Shown: piece by piece, positions 34,885 through 46,639 of the stretch
Position numbering within the stretch: the stretch's first letter is position 1
Layout: each line of letters starts with the position of its first letter
Made by a program: the position numbers and the translations under genes
Notes under the pieces: model-generated
Told to the model about the DNA's origin: nothing
Database searches by the model: none
Seen by the model: the letters and a program-made list of their open reading frames with translations, nothing else
NCBI GenBank assembly: GCA_020184695.1
Contig: JAANOX010000144.1
Location: 248,001-312,000, forward strand
Direction of reading: 5' to 3'
Length of the DNA: 64,000 bases
Source: Histomonas meleagridis 2922-C6/04-290x
Lineage: Eukaryota > Protista > Parabasalia

Positions 34885-36516
34885 ATGGAAGAGATTAAAG
34901 TTTATTATCAATACAAAGGTGAAGCCGGAAAAGTATTTTACTTCGATCCAAAAACGAATACATCTACATGGGAGTACCCTGAAGGAGCCACAGTTATTGA
35001 TCCAGAGACCAAAGAATATGTAAATCGTCATCCTCATTATAATCGTAGAAGGACTAAAACAACATACATATCACCAGAAAGGAAAAGTGATATAGGTGAT
35101 GATTCTCTTCCGCAAACAAGACGAAGAGTTCTTTCAAATAATAAACCAATTAAAGCATCAGATGATGATAACATATTAAGAGGCAGAGTTAACTTTAATA
35201 TAAACAGTGAAATCACAGCACCGCATCGAATTAACAGAGCTTCTAGACAATCTGTTCGAATACCTCGAGTTAAACGTGAAAATAGTCTTTCTGGGAGTCA
35301 AATCAAAGAACTCACAACGCACAATGGGAAGCCTCTTTATTATCCCCAGGAAATTGAAACTGATTCTCTTGGTGGTGATATCAGTGTTCTTTTCCGTGCT
35401 ATCAACAAAGCTAAAAAAGCTCAATCTCCAACATTTCAAACCACTCCCATTACATCTCCCATCAGCCAATCACTTGGTAAGTCAACCACAAAATCAGCAA
35501 TACTTCTATTCAAAACCATACTCAAATATTCAGGTGTTCGACCATCACGTCAAACTCCTGGCACTGTTAAATATTTCATTGATCTTGTTAAATCAGAGGC
35601 ATCACTTGTAGACGAAGCATATCTTCAACTCCTTAAACAAACAAATGAAAACAATCATGAAGATGCCATGCTTAAAACCCTTCAATTATTCACCGCCGTT
35701 GTTTCTATCTTCTTTCCTAGTACAAACATCACTCGTTTTGTCCGTACTCATTTAGCAAAAATCGTCCAAAACGCGATGAGCCATGACATCAAGCAGCTGG
35801 CACTTTTTACATTTATCCGCGCCATTTCGCGTTTTTCACTTGGTATGTCACTCCCATATTCTGACATATCGCCCTCATTAGTAAATAGTTTACCAATGAG
35901 TTACAAGGACTCTGCTATCCAATTTGGAGTCTCACTTCAAGAAATGATGTGGAGTCAAGATAAAAATCATCCTAATTTACCAATTCCAATTTTTTTACAT
36001 TACATGACGATTTCAATGGTTAACAAAAAGTGCCACGAATCACAAGGAATTTTTCGATTACCAGGAAATATGAATCGAGTTGATCAAATGATACATCAAG
36101 CCAACATGCGTGATTTTTCATTTTTAGAAGAAGCACATGTACATGATGTCGCTACATTATATAAAAACTGGTTTAAAGACATCACAGGAAATTTAATTAA
36201 TGCCGAACTTACAACAAAGTTATGCTCATTAAGAAGAGATCAATACGTTGAATTCGCGGATACAATGGACGTAATTAATAGAAACGTTTTGATGTATTTA
36301 GTCGGGTTCCTAAAGGAAATGGCGCAGTCCGCAGATAAAACAAATATGAACGTGTCCGATCTGGCGATGGTATTTGCGCCAAACTTAATCAGAAAATCAG
36401 ACGACCCGACGCTGAATACGAAATTGGCGGTGGCGGCATCAAAGTTTATCGCAGGACTGATCAAGATGTGGAGGACAAGCGATGTATACCCACTTCCAAA
36501 GAAGTATTGCATATGA
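34885..36516 (+). CDS. WW-MyTH4-RhoGAP protein (ARHGAP39-like architecture)
   Basis: WW motif (VFYFDPKTNTSTWEYP), MyTH4-like LVDEAYLQLLKQTNEN, RhoGAP GIFRLPG with the Arg finger and NMNVSDLAMVFAPNL. Confidence 0.85.
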   Translation: MEEIKVYYQYKGEAGKVFYFDPKTNTSTWEYPEGATVIDPETKEYVNRHPHYNRRRTKTTYISPERKSDIGDDSLPQTRRRVLSNNKPIKASDDDNILRGRVNFNINSEITAPHRINRASRQSVRIPRVKRENSLSGSQIKELTTHNGKPLYYPQEIETDSLGGDISVLFRAINKAKKAQSPTFQTTPITSPISQSLGKSTTKSAILLFKTILKYSGVRPSRQTPGTVKYFIDLVKSEASLVDEAYLQLLKQTNENNHEDAMLKTLQLFTAVVSIFFPSTNITRFVRTHLAKIVQNAMSHDIKQLALFTFIRAISRFSLGMSLPYSDISPSLVNSLPMSYKDSAIQFGVSLQEMMWSQDKNHPNLPIPIFLHYMTISMVNKKCHESQGIFRLPGNMNRVDQMIHQANMRDFSFLEEAHVHDVATLYKNWFKDITGNLINAELTTKLCSLRRDQYVEFADTMDVINRNVLMYLVGFLKEMAQSADKTNMNVSDLAMVFAPNLIRKSDDPTLNTKLAVAASKFIAGLIKMWRTSDVYPLPKKYCI

Positions 36517-36992
36517 ACATGTGTAAATAATTGTAAAAAATTTAGTTAGAAATGAAATTTGTTTTTGCATTCGATTTAGTCATTGTAATTTAATATATTT
36601 GGACTTTCTTATGCAGAAAATTGCAAAATTATAATTTGTTTCAGTTTAACTCTTCTTTTACTTATGGAACAAAAAGAAACAATTTTTTATTTTGTTAAAT
36701 GTTTTACAATATAAAACATTCATTAGAAGGTATTGATGGTTTACATTTTTACTAGCGTATTTATGATTATTTTATATGAGCTAATATATAAAATTTAAAG
36801 AATTTTTTTTTTTGAATCTGCGTTGTTTGGATTCGACCGTTTATTTATCTCGACTAAAAACTGAATTTACACTATAAACTTCTTCCTGACAAATTATCAC
36901 TCAAACGTAAACTTAGAACGGAAAGTGAAAGCCAGGAAAATGCCGAAGACGGAAATATTGAACCAATTAATTTTGATTTTTTATTTAACCAA

Positions 36993-38240
36993 ATGCCAGA
37001 AGAAGGACTAGCATATCACCTAAATTCTCTGCAAGAATCAACATCTACCCCAAGAGAGGATTATCATATGATTTTTTCAGAGGAAATTTGCTCAATTTTG
37101 CTTGATCTTATTCAATCAGATTTACAATTTCAGACAAAAAACATTGTTTTTGGTATAATACTCAATGTTATTAGCGACAATGAAGTTAAGAAAAATTTTT
37201 TTTCTCGAGGAATTGTTGGGATTTTTGAAAATTTACTTAAATCAAGTTCTAGTTATTTCATAAATGTTTCAATCATTATGGCAAATTTTATGTTTAAAAC
37301 GCCGCCTGATGTTTGTAACTTTGTAGGACACAAATTCATAAAGCGTTGCGTAAAGAGAGCCAATTTTTCAACACAACATAAAAGCGTTTGTGAAACTGCA
37401 CTTTTCTTTATTTGTCATTTTGTCACATATGTAAACTATACAAAAGATGAAACATCGAATATTTCGGCTATAATTCCTAATTTTTTTCATCAGTCTAATC
37501 CATTTTTAAAAGAAGTATGTTATATTGTCTATAAACTTATCGATAGGTATCCTGATTATATGCAAGAGTTTGCGCCACCTATGGTATTAGTTTGTATGAA
37601 CAATTTCTTCACGAAATTTACTCCTAATGATTTATCTGATAAAGAACATTTCTCATATGAATTACTCATAACATTTCAAAACATTCTATATTATCCTTTT
37701 ATTAGTGTTTATGGTCCTATTTGTCTTAATTTAGAAGAGGTATCATTTAAAATGATAAAGTTGCTTTCGTATGAAGGAATTTGTGTTGAAAACCAATGTA
37801 CACTTATAACGATTTTAATATATTTAATATTTCAATCTAAAACACTTTTGCAATGTTATCTTAATACTCCTCTTTTAGAAATCCTTCTTAATATGTATGA
37901 AAACTCGAACTTCGAATTAAAAACACGTATTTTTATTTTCATAAATAATTCCTTCTCGTGTTCACCGAACTCCGAAACATTAATGACATATCTAACAGCA
38001 GATGTTTCATTGATAGTGTTACAATCTCTATGTGACTTTTCAACAGGTTCTATCGCATTGATGGAAACTTCTTTGGAAAATGCACTCACTAAAATTTCTA
38101 CAGACGGCGATTTGAGTTTAGTTATAAATAAATTCGGAGAATTTGGTTTGTTCGACGTTTTCGCTTCAATTTTGTCAATCGAAAATGAAGATGCAAATAT
38201 TTTGGCTCAAAAGATTTTGGATATTCTTTCTGAAGAATAA
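36993..38240 (+). CDS. ARM-like helical-repeat hypothetical protein (possible CTG-started extension from 36861)
   Basis: 415-aa helical ORF; the frame is open 44 codons further upstream to a CTG. Confidence 0.6.
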   Translation: MPEEGLAYHLNSLQESTSTPREDYHMIFSEEICSILLDLIQSDLQFQTKNIVFGIILNVISDNEVKKNFFSRGIVGIFENLLKSSSSYFINVSIIMANFMFKTPPDVCNFVGHKFIKRCVKRANFSTQHKSVCETALFFICHFVTYVNYTKDETSNISAIIPNFFHQSNPFLKEVCYIVYKLIDRYPDYMQEFAPPMVLVCMNNFFTKFTPNDLSDKEHFSYELLITFQNILYYPFISVYGPICLNLEEVSFKMIKLLSYEGICVENQCTLITILIYLIFQSKTLLQCYLNTPLLEILLNMYENSNFELKTRIFIFINNSFSCSPNSETLMTYLTADVSLIVLQSLCDFSTGSIALMETSLENALTKISTDGDLSLVINKFGEFGLFDVFASILSIENEDANILAQKILDILSEE

Positions 38241-38732
38241 AAATATTGAAAATTTGTTTTGGTTAAATAAAAAATGGTTAAATACACTAAATTTTAATCA
38301 TAAAGATGAATAAATGTTGCAAATTTTTCAAGTGTAAAAAGATCATTATTTTTTATTTATTTTAGTTTATAAGAGATTATCCTGTAACTTAACAATGAGC
38401 AATACAAGAAATAATAACGAGAAAAAATTTTAAAAGCCGATGAATAAGCTTTGTAAATCATTCAAATGCACGATACCAGTAAAGCATTCAATCCAAAAAG
38501 TGAAAGTTACTTCTTTCAGAAAGAAAGATCCGTACAGATTTAAAATTGTTAATAAAACGCTCCTTTTATGTTTAAAATATAGATATCTGAAATTTTTAAT
38601 TTATCAGAAAGTTGATGATTTTTTCAAAAATATAATTTCGAAATTTACAGAGTGTAAAAATAATGAATTTCAAATAAATTTAGAGTCAACACACAATTAT
38701 AAATTCGTTACGGAATATAATTATTTATTGAT

Positions 38733-39005
38733 TTAACCACATTTCCAAAGTTGGACTGCGACTTGACCAATGTAAAAGTAAACAAAGTGCTTTGTTTCAT
38801 GTGTAACGAAAGAACCGAAAGAGCGACCAACAACGCAGTGCCATGTTGGGTTATATTTTTTGTCGAATTCTTTTTTGATATAAGCTGCGATATCCTTTTC
38901 AATATTGAAACGATCTAAAGCCTGTGTTGCAATGTCAATTGCATCAGCTTGCATTTCATCGGACATATCAACATTCTTAACGACTGCACGGCGGTCCTGA
39001 GCCAT
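38733..39005 (-). CDS. DYNLL1: Dynein light chain LC8
   Basis: [51 protein letters not shown]; ATG at 39005. Confidence 0.95.
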   Translation of the reverse strand: MAQDRRAVVKNVDMSDEMQADAIDIATQALDRFNIEKDIAAYIKKEFDKKYNPTWHCVVGRSFGSFVTHETKHFVYFYIGQVAVQLWKCG

Positions 39006-39704
39006 CCTGCACACAAATGATAAGAAATTTTTCGGTTTCAATTAAAAAAAGCGGTTTTGTTGTGAATTGGAAGGAGCCGAAAGGATGAAACCAACGCTGA
39101 AGAGCACGAACGAAGCAACAATAACCGAAAAAAGATATTAACATCTTCATATTAAACACAAACAAACGATTTGATTGATCCCTTAAAACTAAGGCTCAGC
39201 AAATCAATAAAATGTCTCATTCTGAAATTCATAATCTCTATTAAAAATCTAAAATTCTTTAGACCATCAGCAGAGAAAAAAGCAAACCACTGACAACCAG
39301 CCTATAAGTCGTTTCGTATGACATGAAATGATCAATTCATTATATATTATAACTCAAAACATAAGGGCATCATCCATTTAATTAAATTGCTTTGATCAAA
39401 GCAAAATTCGGTTATTCTTTCTCATATTGAAATTACTATTTGACTTGAAACAATATAATAAAGTTTCAATTTCATAAACATTCTCAATAAATAAACACAC
39501 ATAGGCTAATCCAATTTCCCATATTCCAACTCACTATGAATAAAACTGATATTCAAATATACAAATTTTGAATATCAATTTCACAATTACTTTTTTCTAT
39601 TTTCTCAAAACACACTACAATAAAAAAATACCGCGTTACCGCGTGTATTAATACTCCTCGACATAATAATTGAGCACAATAATTTGTAATAATATATTTA
39701 TATC

Positions 39705-40565
39705 CTAAGCTGCCCAATCATTTGTTATCCTAAGCCAATCACCGCAAAAGTCCATTGATGTGGAAACAGATCGAGGAATTCCTCCAATTGAGAGATCATT
39801 AATTTCCCATGATGAATCCTGCTCCTGCTCTGGTAAGATATTCCATTCAGTATCATCGAATGCAGATAAACTTTCGACTGAGTAAGATTCGGGGATGAAC
39901 TTTGATGGTTGATATATTGCGAATTTCGGTTTTTGATCCAAAGAAGCAATTGGTGGAACAGTTGAATTTGGTCTTGCTACGTTACGGAGAGCTGTTGATT
40001 GAAGCACTGAAGTATTTGTATGATTATCTAAGTTGAGATCAGATTGTGTGACTTCAGGTAACAAATTCATGGGAAAAGAAGAAACAAAACATATTTCTGC
40101 ATTTGGTGACGCGCCGCGAACAGTCCATTGACGAAGAAGTGATGGCTCAGATGTAAGTGAGTGCATTACAGCAACAATGCAATTCCTGGCTTTAGTTTTG
40201 GTTCGAATTGCAACGTAGCCCATTTGTTGAAAGCCACCATTGATGGATGATTTGCATCTTCCCAAAAATTGCTTGAGAAGTCTTGTATTTACACAGATAA
40301 ATGGACCAGCAAAGGCAATTCCGGTGAGAATGCTACGCTCTTCGCGATGAGCTTCATCGCGCTCAATGAAGTTCAAGACTGCATTGAGTTCCTTACGGAA
40401 TGTAACAACCCTTGGATCTTTCCCATACGATTTTTGGTATTGGTGAAGTTGAGTTCGAAGCCGGGCAAACTCAACTTGATCTTCTTTGGGGAGGCGATTC
40501 CAGAATACTGGATGCGGGCGAAAATCGGCGCCACGCGTAGGTTGACGAGGAGCATCCGTCATCAT
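39705..40565 (-). CDS. Initiator-binding-domain (IBD) family transcription factor
   Basis: FWNRLPKEDQVEF...RSILTGIAFAGPFICVNTRLLKQFLGRCKSSINGGFQQMGY is the parabasalid IBD pattern. Confidence 0.8.
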   Translation of the reverse strand: MMTDAPRQPTRGADFRPHPVFWNRLPKEDQVEFARLRTQLHQYQKSYGKDPRVVTFRKELNAVLNFIERDEAHREERSILTGIAFAGPFICVNTRLLKQFLGRCKSSINGGFQQMGYVAIRTKTKARNCIVAVMHSLTSEPSLLRQWTVRGASPNAEICFVSSFPMNLLPEVTQSDLNLDNHTNTSVLQSTALRNVARPNSTVPPIASLDQKPKFAIYQPSKFIPESYSVESLSAFDDTEWNILPEQEQDSSWEINDLSIGGIPRSVSTSMDFCGDWLRITNDWAA

Positions 40566-41350
40566 TCAAAAGGACACTTTTTGACTTTTATAATGGTTTA
40601 CGCGCGAATGACCACAAGAATTGAATAATGATATTTCTTGACTTTACGTGCATGAAAAAGTGGAAGATTTTAGGCTTATTCAATTGGAAATTTTGCCGTT
40701 TATACGTTAGTTTTCGTTTTTTGTGGCATTGATTAGACAAATTCTGGGGAGTAAACGGTCGTAATGTGGGGTGAATCTGTTTTTCTTTACTTGAAAAACC
40801 GAATAATACAAAGAAAAAGTTTTATCTTCTGACGGATTAAAGATGCGAAAGATTTTTCAGAAATTACACCTTTTCGGAGATTATTTGTAAAACGAAAATT
40901 TTAAAAATCATTTTTTTTTTTTCAACTCTAAAGAGAGGTATTAACTTTCATTATTTTTAAATTGCTTTAATACGTTATCATATTGAAATTTTATCAAAAT
41001 TTCATTAAAAAAGACTTATATTCTCTTCTTTTTTTTTTAATACATAAAAACAATCATCTCAATATTTTTTCGATTAGAAAGCAAAGTTAAATATTTTATA
41101 CTACAAACAAGAACACTTTAAACTTCATTATAAGATATAAAAAGAAAATATAATATAATATAAAATAATTCCCTGATGATAAATAAATTATCATAAAAAT
41201 TTTAAAAAAGTCCTCTGGTTGTTTTTCTCAACAAAAAGGTGTAGGCCTTAAGGAAAAATGCAATTTCTTAATGATGTAAATGCTTTAACATGTACTTAAT
41301 TTATGTTGGAAGTAAAACCAATTTTTTAAAGATTTCCAGAAATTAAAGTT

Positions 41351-42211
41351 TTATTTATTAGTAACAAAGAGATTCAAAAATTCAGCTTTATTTTCAGATA
41401 AAGCTGAAGTGGAATCCTTTGGTTTTGTTGGTGAAGAGAATAAACTCTTTTGATTATCGGCATCGCAATGATTTAACATTGGCGTTGCCTTTGAATTAGG
41501 TGTATATAACGCAAAAGGTGAACCTGTAACACACATTTGTGATGTTCCAAAATGCATTGGTTGATTTTGTGAAGTATCTTCAAGTATTGGAATTGGAAGT
41601 GGTTCATTTGATCGAACAACGGTACCTATAGTTTGTACGGGTACGTTGTTGTTGTCTGTGAGTTTCATTTCTTGTGGAGTTTTCTTGGAAAGAACTGAAT
41701 ACCATCTATTCTTAATCATATTTTCTCCACGAGTTGGCATTTGTTTTGCAATCTGAGTCCAATGATTACCAAAGCTTTCATGAAGAGCATAAAGACGCCG
41801 ATCTTCTTCTGGCGTCCATGGACCATGATGAATGTTTGGATTTAAATGATTCATGTATCTTTCTCGGCATTGCTTTCCTACCCGCCCTGGAAGCATTGTG
41901 GCGAGTTTTGTCCAACTTTTACATCCGAATTTAGAAACAAAGTTGATGATAAATTCATCTTCTTGTCTTGTCCAAGATCCTTTTGTTAATTTGGGATCAA
42001 GAACCTTTGTCCATCTTTCAAAGAGTTGTTGTGTTGTTTTCCCGGGAAATTGTGGTTTGAGGAGTTTCCAATCTATATTTGTTTGAGAACTTGCAATTTT
42101 TCGAAGAAGTTCATCCTCTTCATCACTCCATTTGTTGTTTTTTGTTGCAGCATTGTTTCTCTTTCTCTTTCTTGTTGGAGCAATTGGAGCTGGAAACGTT
42201 TCCATCTGCAT
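41351..42211 (-). CDS. R1R2R3 (three-repeat) Myb protein
   Basis: Three Myb repeats: WSDEEDELL, WTRQEDEFI...GRVGKQCRERY, WTPEEDRRL...MIKNRW. Confidence 0.9.
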   Translation of the reverse strand: MQMETFPAPIAPTRKRKRNNAATKNNKWSDEEDELLRKIASSQTNIDWKLLKPQFPGKTTQQLFERWTKVLDPKLTKGSWTRQEDEFIINFVSKFGCKSWTKLATMLPGRVGKQCRERYMNHLNPNIHHGPWTPEEDRRLYALHESFGNHWTQIAKQMPTRGENMIKNRWYSVLSKKTPQEMKLTDNNNVPVQTIGTVVRSNEPLPIPILEDTSQNQPMHFGTSQMCVTGSPFALYTPNSKATPMLNHCDADNQKSLFSSPTKPKDSTSALSENKAEFLNLFVTNK

Positions 42212-42665
42212 TCAATTTAAACGTTCTCTTTTACATTTTTATTATGAAATCACATGTTGAAAAGCATTTTGCGACTTCTGCTCGAAAGTTTGAAGTATGA
42301 TATCAAATATTTAATGTAGATAAACATTTTTTTATAAGTTTAAAATAAATATCTCAGAAAAATTTATTTGCTCTTTTGCTACACCTAATTATTTCCATTA
42401 TCTTTTCTTTCTAGAAATTAATAAGAAACGCCATTCATTGAAATTATTTTGTTACTATTGATGTTTTTCAAAATAATCAAAGATTATTAAAATATTTTCA
42501 TTTGTAACACCATCTAAATACTAAATTAATTTTTAGATTTAAATCGAAATATTTCATGAATGATTAAATATCATTTCTTATCATGAATTCCAAACAATAA
42601 AAATGGAAACAAAAGTCTTTTCAAATGCATTTTTTGGACTCAAAATAGATAACAACTAAATCTTT

Positions 42666-43688
42666 TTATGCAATTTCCTTTGCAATATCAGTCCAGACGC
42701 CGATAACTGTTTTCCAGAATTCTTCGATTCCTCCATTGACTAATCTTAAGCAAACTATTGCGTTTGGTTCCTTTTTCTTTTTCATCAGCAAGTCACTGCA
42801 GCATGCGCCATATGTGTATTCGCCCTTTGTTTCGATGTCGACATGACATTTCACACATTCGAACTGTTCTGGGTGCAAAAGATAGTACACAGCAACAGGA
42901 TCATGAAGAGGGGGCGATTTGAAGCCAAAAACGTTCTTGTATGTGTCAGTGAAGAAAAATAATAAATCGCGAATGAAACCAAAGAACTTCGGTGAGAGAT
43001 TTTTCGTGGCTGCTTCGATCGAGGATAGAACTGATGGGGTCACAAGCACTGTATGGGTGACATCAAGTGGAGCGGAGAAATGCATTTCAACCGCTGACTT
43101 AAGAATTAGGTCAGTAGCTTCTGGATCAACAAGAACATTGAACTCTGAAAATGGAAGAATGTTGCCAACAGTTTTGAAGTTACCTGCCATACAACTGATT
43201 TTCATTTTTGAAGCATCTGCGGGATAGACACGAAGATATTGCGCTATGTTGGTCATAGAAGCAGTAGTGACAATTTGAAACCTTTCGTTATCGGGCGTTT
43301 CACTGATTAATCGATGAAGATGAGCAAAGAAATCAGTAGGCTTAAGTTCGGTTTCATCTGCATACCCTAGAATGTCAAGCGCTGGGTTGCGTGGCATTGT
43401 AGAATCTATTTCACTCCAATCAACTCCACCAAGACCAGATTCTCCATGTATCTCAGGGCAAGCAACGCCTTCACGAATCAAAGGTGAAGCGTACCCTCTA
43501 TAAACAGGAATTTTATCTGCACGGTGAATAAGATTAAGAGTGCGTCTTGCATTAATATATGTCTTATTGACAGTTTGATTTCCATGTGTTGTGGAAATGT
43601 ATTGGATTGAAAGAGAAGGTGAATAAACCATGAGCATGATAGCTACCATGTCGTCATGACCTGGATCACAATCAATCACGCACTTCAT
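42666..43688 (-). CDS. Inosine-uridine-preferring nucleoside hydrolase
   Basis: IDCDPGHDD, TTHGNQ, IHGESGLGG, EFNVLVDPEA, LDVTH, PLHDPVAV; ATG at 43688. Confidence 0.93.
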   Translation of the reverse strand: MKCVIDCDPGHDDMVAIMLMVYSPSLSIQYISTTHGNQTVNKTYINARRTLNLIHRADKIPVYRGYASPLIREGVACPEIHGESGLGGVDWSEIDSTMPRNPALDILGYADETELKPTDFFAHLHRLISETPDNERFQIVTTASMTNIAQYLRVYPADASKMKISCMAGNFKTVGNILPFSEFNVLVDPEATDLILKSAVEMHFSAPLDVTHTVLVTPSVLSSIEAATKNLSPKFFGFIRDLLFFFTDTYKNVFGFKSPPLHDPVAVYYLLHPEQFECVKCHVDIETKGEYTYGACCSDLLMKKKKEPNAIVCLRLVNGGIEEFWKTVIGVWTDIAKEIA

Positions 43689-43740
43689 CACAAGGGAGTG
43701 GTTTCACATCCACTTTTTGAGAAACTACTTAAAAAACACT

Positions 43741-44031
43741 TCACAATAATTGTACGCAAAAAAGAGGATGATCTCATAATGATTCTCGAGTTTTTGTATT
43801 ATAATAAAATGGATCACCTTGTCCATCTTTCCTTGGGAATATTTTCCAACCTTCTGGTAATGGAACTTTCAAGGATTCAATTGCAATCCAGCGAAGATCA
43901 CGATCTTTGACTGGATCACCTTCAATCCATTCTAAATATTCGTCAATTTCTTCATCTATTGGAGTGTAATTTTTATTTGAATTTCGATGAATTTCTTCGA
44001 GTTCATTAGTTAGTGAGATGATGTTGTACGT
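43741..44031 (-). pseudogene. CEP164-like N-terminal WW-domain fragment with a nonsense codon
   Basis: YTPIDEEIDEYLEWIEGDPVKDRDLRWIAIESLKVPLPEGWK...FYYNTKTRESL*DHP. TGA at 43776-43774 replaces the second WW Trp, and there is no ATG in frame. Confidence 0.6.
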
Positions 44032-44705
44032 TTATTAATAAGCAGGAAATAACTGCCGACGCCGTTTAATGTGCCGGCTCTGGCCAAATAACCTATTAAA
44101 AAATCATCGATAAACCAATCAAAATTCTCGAGAATTGGGCGTATCGAACTTTTTCGATTTTGACTAGTTTATTATTATTTACGCATTTTTTTCTATCTAT
44201 ACAATATTTAGTTAAATTATTCTTCAAAATGTTGTCAGTTCCCATTCCAAACATTATTACCAACAATGCTTGATATCAAAAGGAAATATATCGGAATTAA
44301 TTAACATTTGGAAAACATTTTTAATGCCCATGAAATCAGATGAAGTCGCTAATGCTTTCGGTAATGCGCTTTGTATGAAATTAATTGATTTTTTGGCAGT
44401 AAATGTATATTTTTTACCAATGGAATTCCATGGTTAGAGAGGCATTGCAATTCACTTGCTTGCATATGCAAAATGGAAATAATGAAGTTGCACAAGAAAT
44501 AGCAAAACATCAAAATGTTTTATCTTTATTTCATTAATGTTTCTGTAAAATATTAATAAATTATTTATGTTCATTACATTTTTTTCGCTTTCATATTATC
44601 TATTAATAATATTAATAATATTTTTTACTATTAATAATATTTTTTTTTTATTTATTTTGTGAATTTTTCATTTTCATGAAATTAATGTTGAAATTCTTAC
44701 TATCA

Positions 44706-45782
44706 TTACATCGATTGATGTGTATTTGTATCTTTTAATGTAGATTTCCTGCAGAAATAAATAATGAAAGCCACAATTACTATAAGAATTATCGCAAGCA
44801 CAGGAACAACAATTATATATGTTTTTTTTGAACCAGATTTTTCTTCTTTTTCAGGGGCTTCTGGATTATCTTCATGGTGATTCTCAGAGTATTCATCAGA
44901 GTTCAGCTCTTCAGATGTAAATCCGGTTGTATAAACTGGTGTACTCTCTTTTGGTGTTGTTTTGGTAGGAGATTGTGTATGACGTTCTTCATAAATAATC
45001 GGACCATAGTCTTCATCAACTTCTTCTAATTCAACAATTGTTACTTTAAATGGGTTAAACAAATAAAATTCAGTATAACTACGGCACATTAAATGCCCCT
45101 CAACAATTACGCATATCAAATCATATGGATCTTTGGTTACTACAAAGCGAGTTGCTGGAGGGAACATCATTGTGTTTGAATCTTTCTTATTTATATCCTT
45201 GATTATTTTCAAATTCCTTTTTGTAGTAATGTTAAATATTATAGGTACATCACGATTACAAACTGATTCAAAAGAAGAGTGAACTAATGTAAATGATCTT
45301 GTTGAAACATGAGTATTCTTCTTATATAGTGTTGAGGTAGAATCTTTAGAAGGTTTATAAACTGTTGTAAATCCTGTTTTTGCTAATCTATCAAATCCTC
45401 TTGTAAAACTATAAAATGTGCACTTAAAATAATCAGTGATATTCCCATTGAAAAGTTCATCATCGAAGCTTGAAGTAAGTTTTAGATAAAATAAGTAATC
45501 ATGAATTATTTTAGCTTCATCGTAATTTATAGGATCTGAAGGATTTTTTGACAACGATTTTAGTTTTTCCAAATCATTAAATACTTGTTTAAACCAATTA
45601 TTTTCATAAATATCTAATGAAACAAATCTTGATACTTAATTAAGTACACATTGTTTTAGAGCACTAGGATCTTGTAAATTTGGTGAAATGGCATGTAAAC
45701 TATATGCTTTATTCTGATTTTCTGGAAAGAAACCTTGTGATTCTAGAGTACAAATTTCTAAAATATTAAAGAATAAATTCAT
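44706..45782 (-). pseudogene. Type I membrane protein with ADP-ribosyltransferase-like ectodomain, one in-frame TAA
   Basis: ATG 45782 is preceded by TCACTT (45790-45795). The same frame runs through a single TAA (45638-45636) into the 288-aa ORF. C-terminal TM helix IIVVPVLAIILIVIVAFIIYFC. The ART-like motif spacing was judged by eye. Confidence 0.5.
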
Positions 45783-46639
45783 TAAAAATAAGTGATTTAT
45801 AATGTTAACATAAAATTGATGTATATAAAAGTTTAAATACATCAAACCAAATAGTATAAAAAAAAAATAAATAATCGGGCCTGGTAATGAAAAATTTAAA
45901 ATATATATTTTAAAATTCATGTTTTAATTATTTCTAACGTAAAAGTGGTTCACTTGCAAGACTGTTTCAAAGTGAATCATATTAAAATATTTAAATAATT
46001 ATTTGTCATATTATCATACAGCTATAATTTGAACGAATATAAGTTTTACTTTATCATGACATTAACACTAAAATGCCTTTTTGGTGTTTTTTAATGATCT
46101 CATAATGACCATAAAAATAAAACTTAGTTTTTCTTGCCGATAATCACGGTTTAATTTTCTTTTAAATTTTCTGATTGCTTTTGATTTTGTTTGAAATGAA
46201 AAAACACGTTTAAAAACTTGAAATGAGCTTTTGTTGAATTTTAGTTAACAACCATTTTTTCTCTATGGTTGTATATATACTTACCAATAAAATCAATATC
46301 AATAAATTCATTAATACAGCAAATGTTTAAACTTAATGCAAGATCTAAATTTTTTACATATATAAATCAGACAGAAAAACTTAACATCATATCACAAATA
46401 ACCTTACCTTTGATGATCTTTGTAGAGCTTTTCATAAAAATAAAAAAAAGTTTATTTCCCAGATAATTCTTTGCAAAAAAGATTTATACCATAACATTTT
46501 TCCTTTGTTGTTTATATTATTTTTCTCACACTCCTTTGATACATATACTGTATCAACTTATACTCTTTCTATCTCTACACTTTAAGAATATAATGAAAGA
46601 GACACATATAAAAATATAACAATTCATCTTACAATAGGT

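Noticed and set aside
43774-43776. TGA-as-Trp or other genetic-code reassignment
   Set aside because: This is a single instance. Intact genes use TGG for Trp and end in TAA, TGA or TAG, and other in-frame stops fall in clearly decayed genes.
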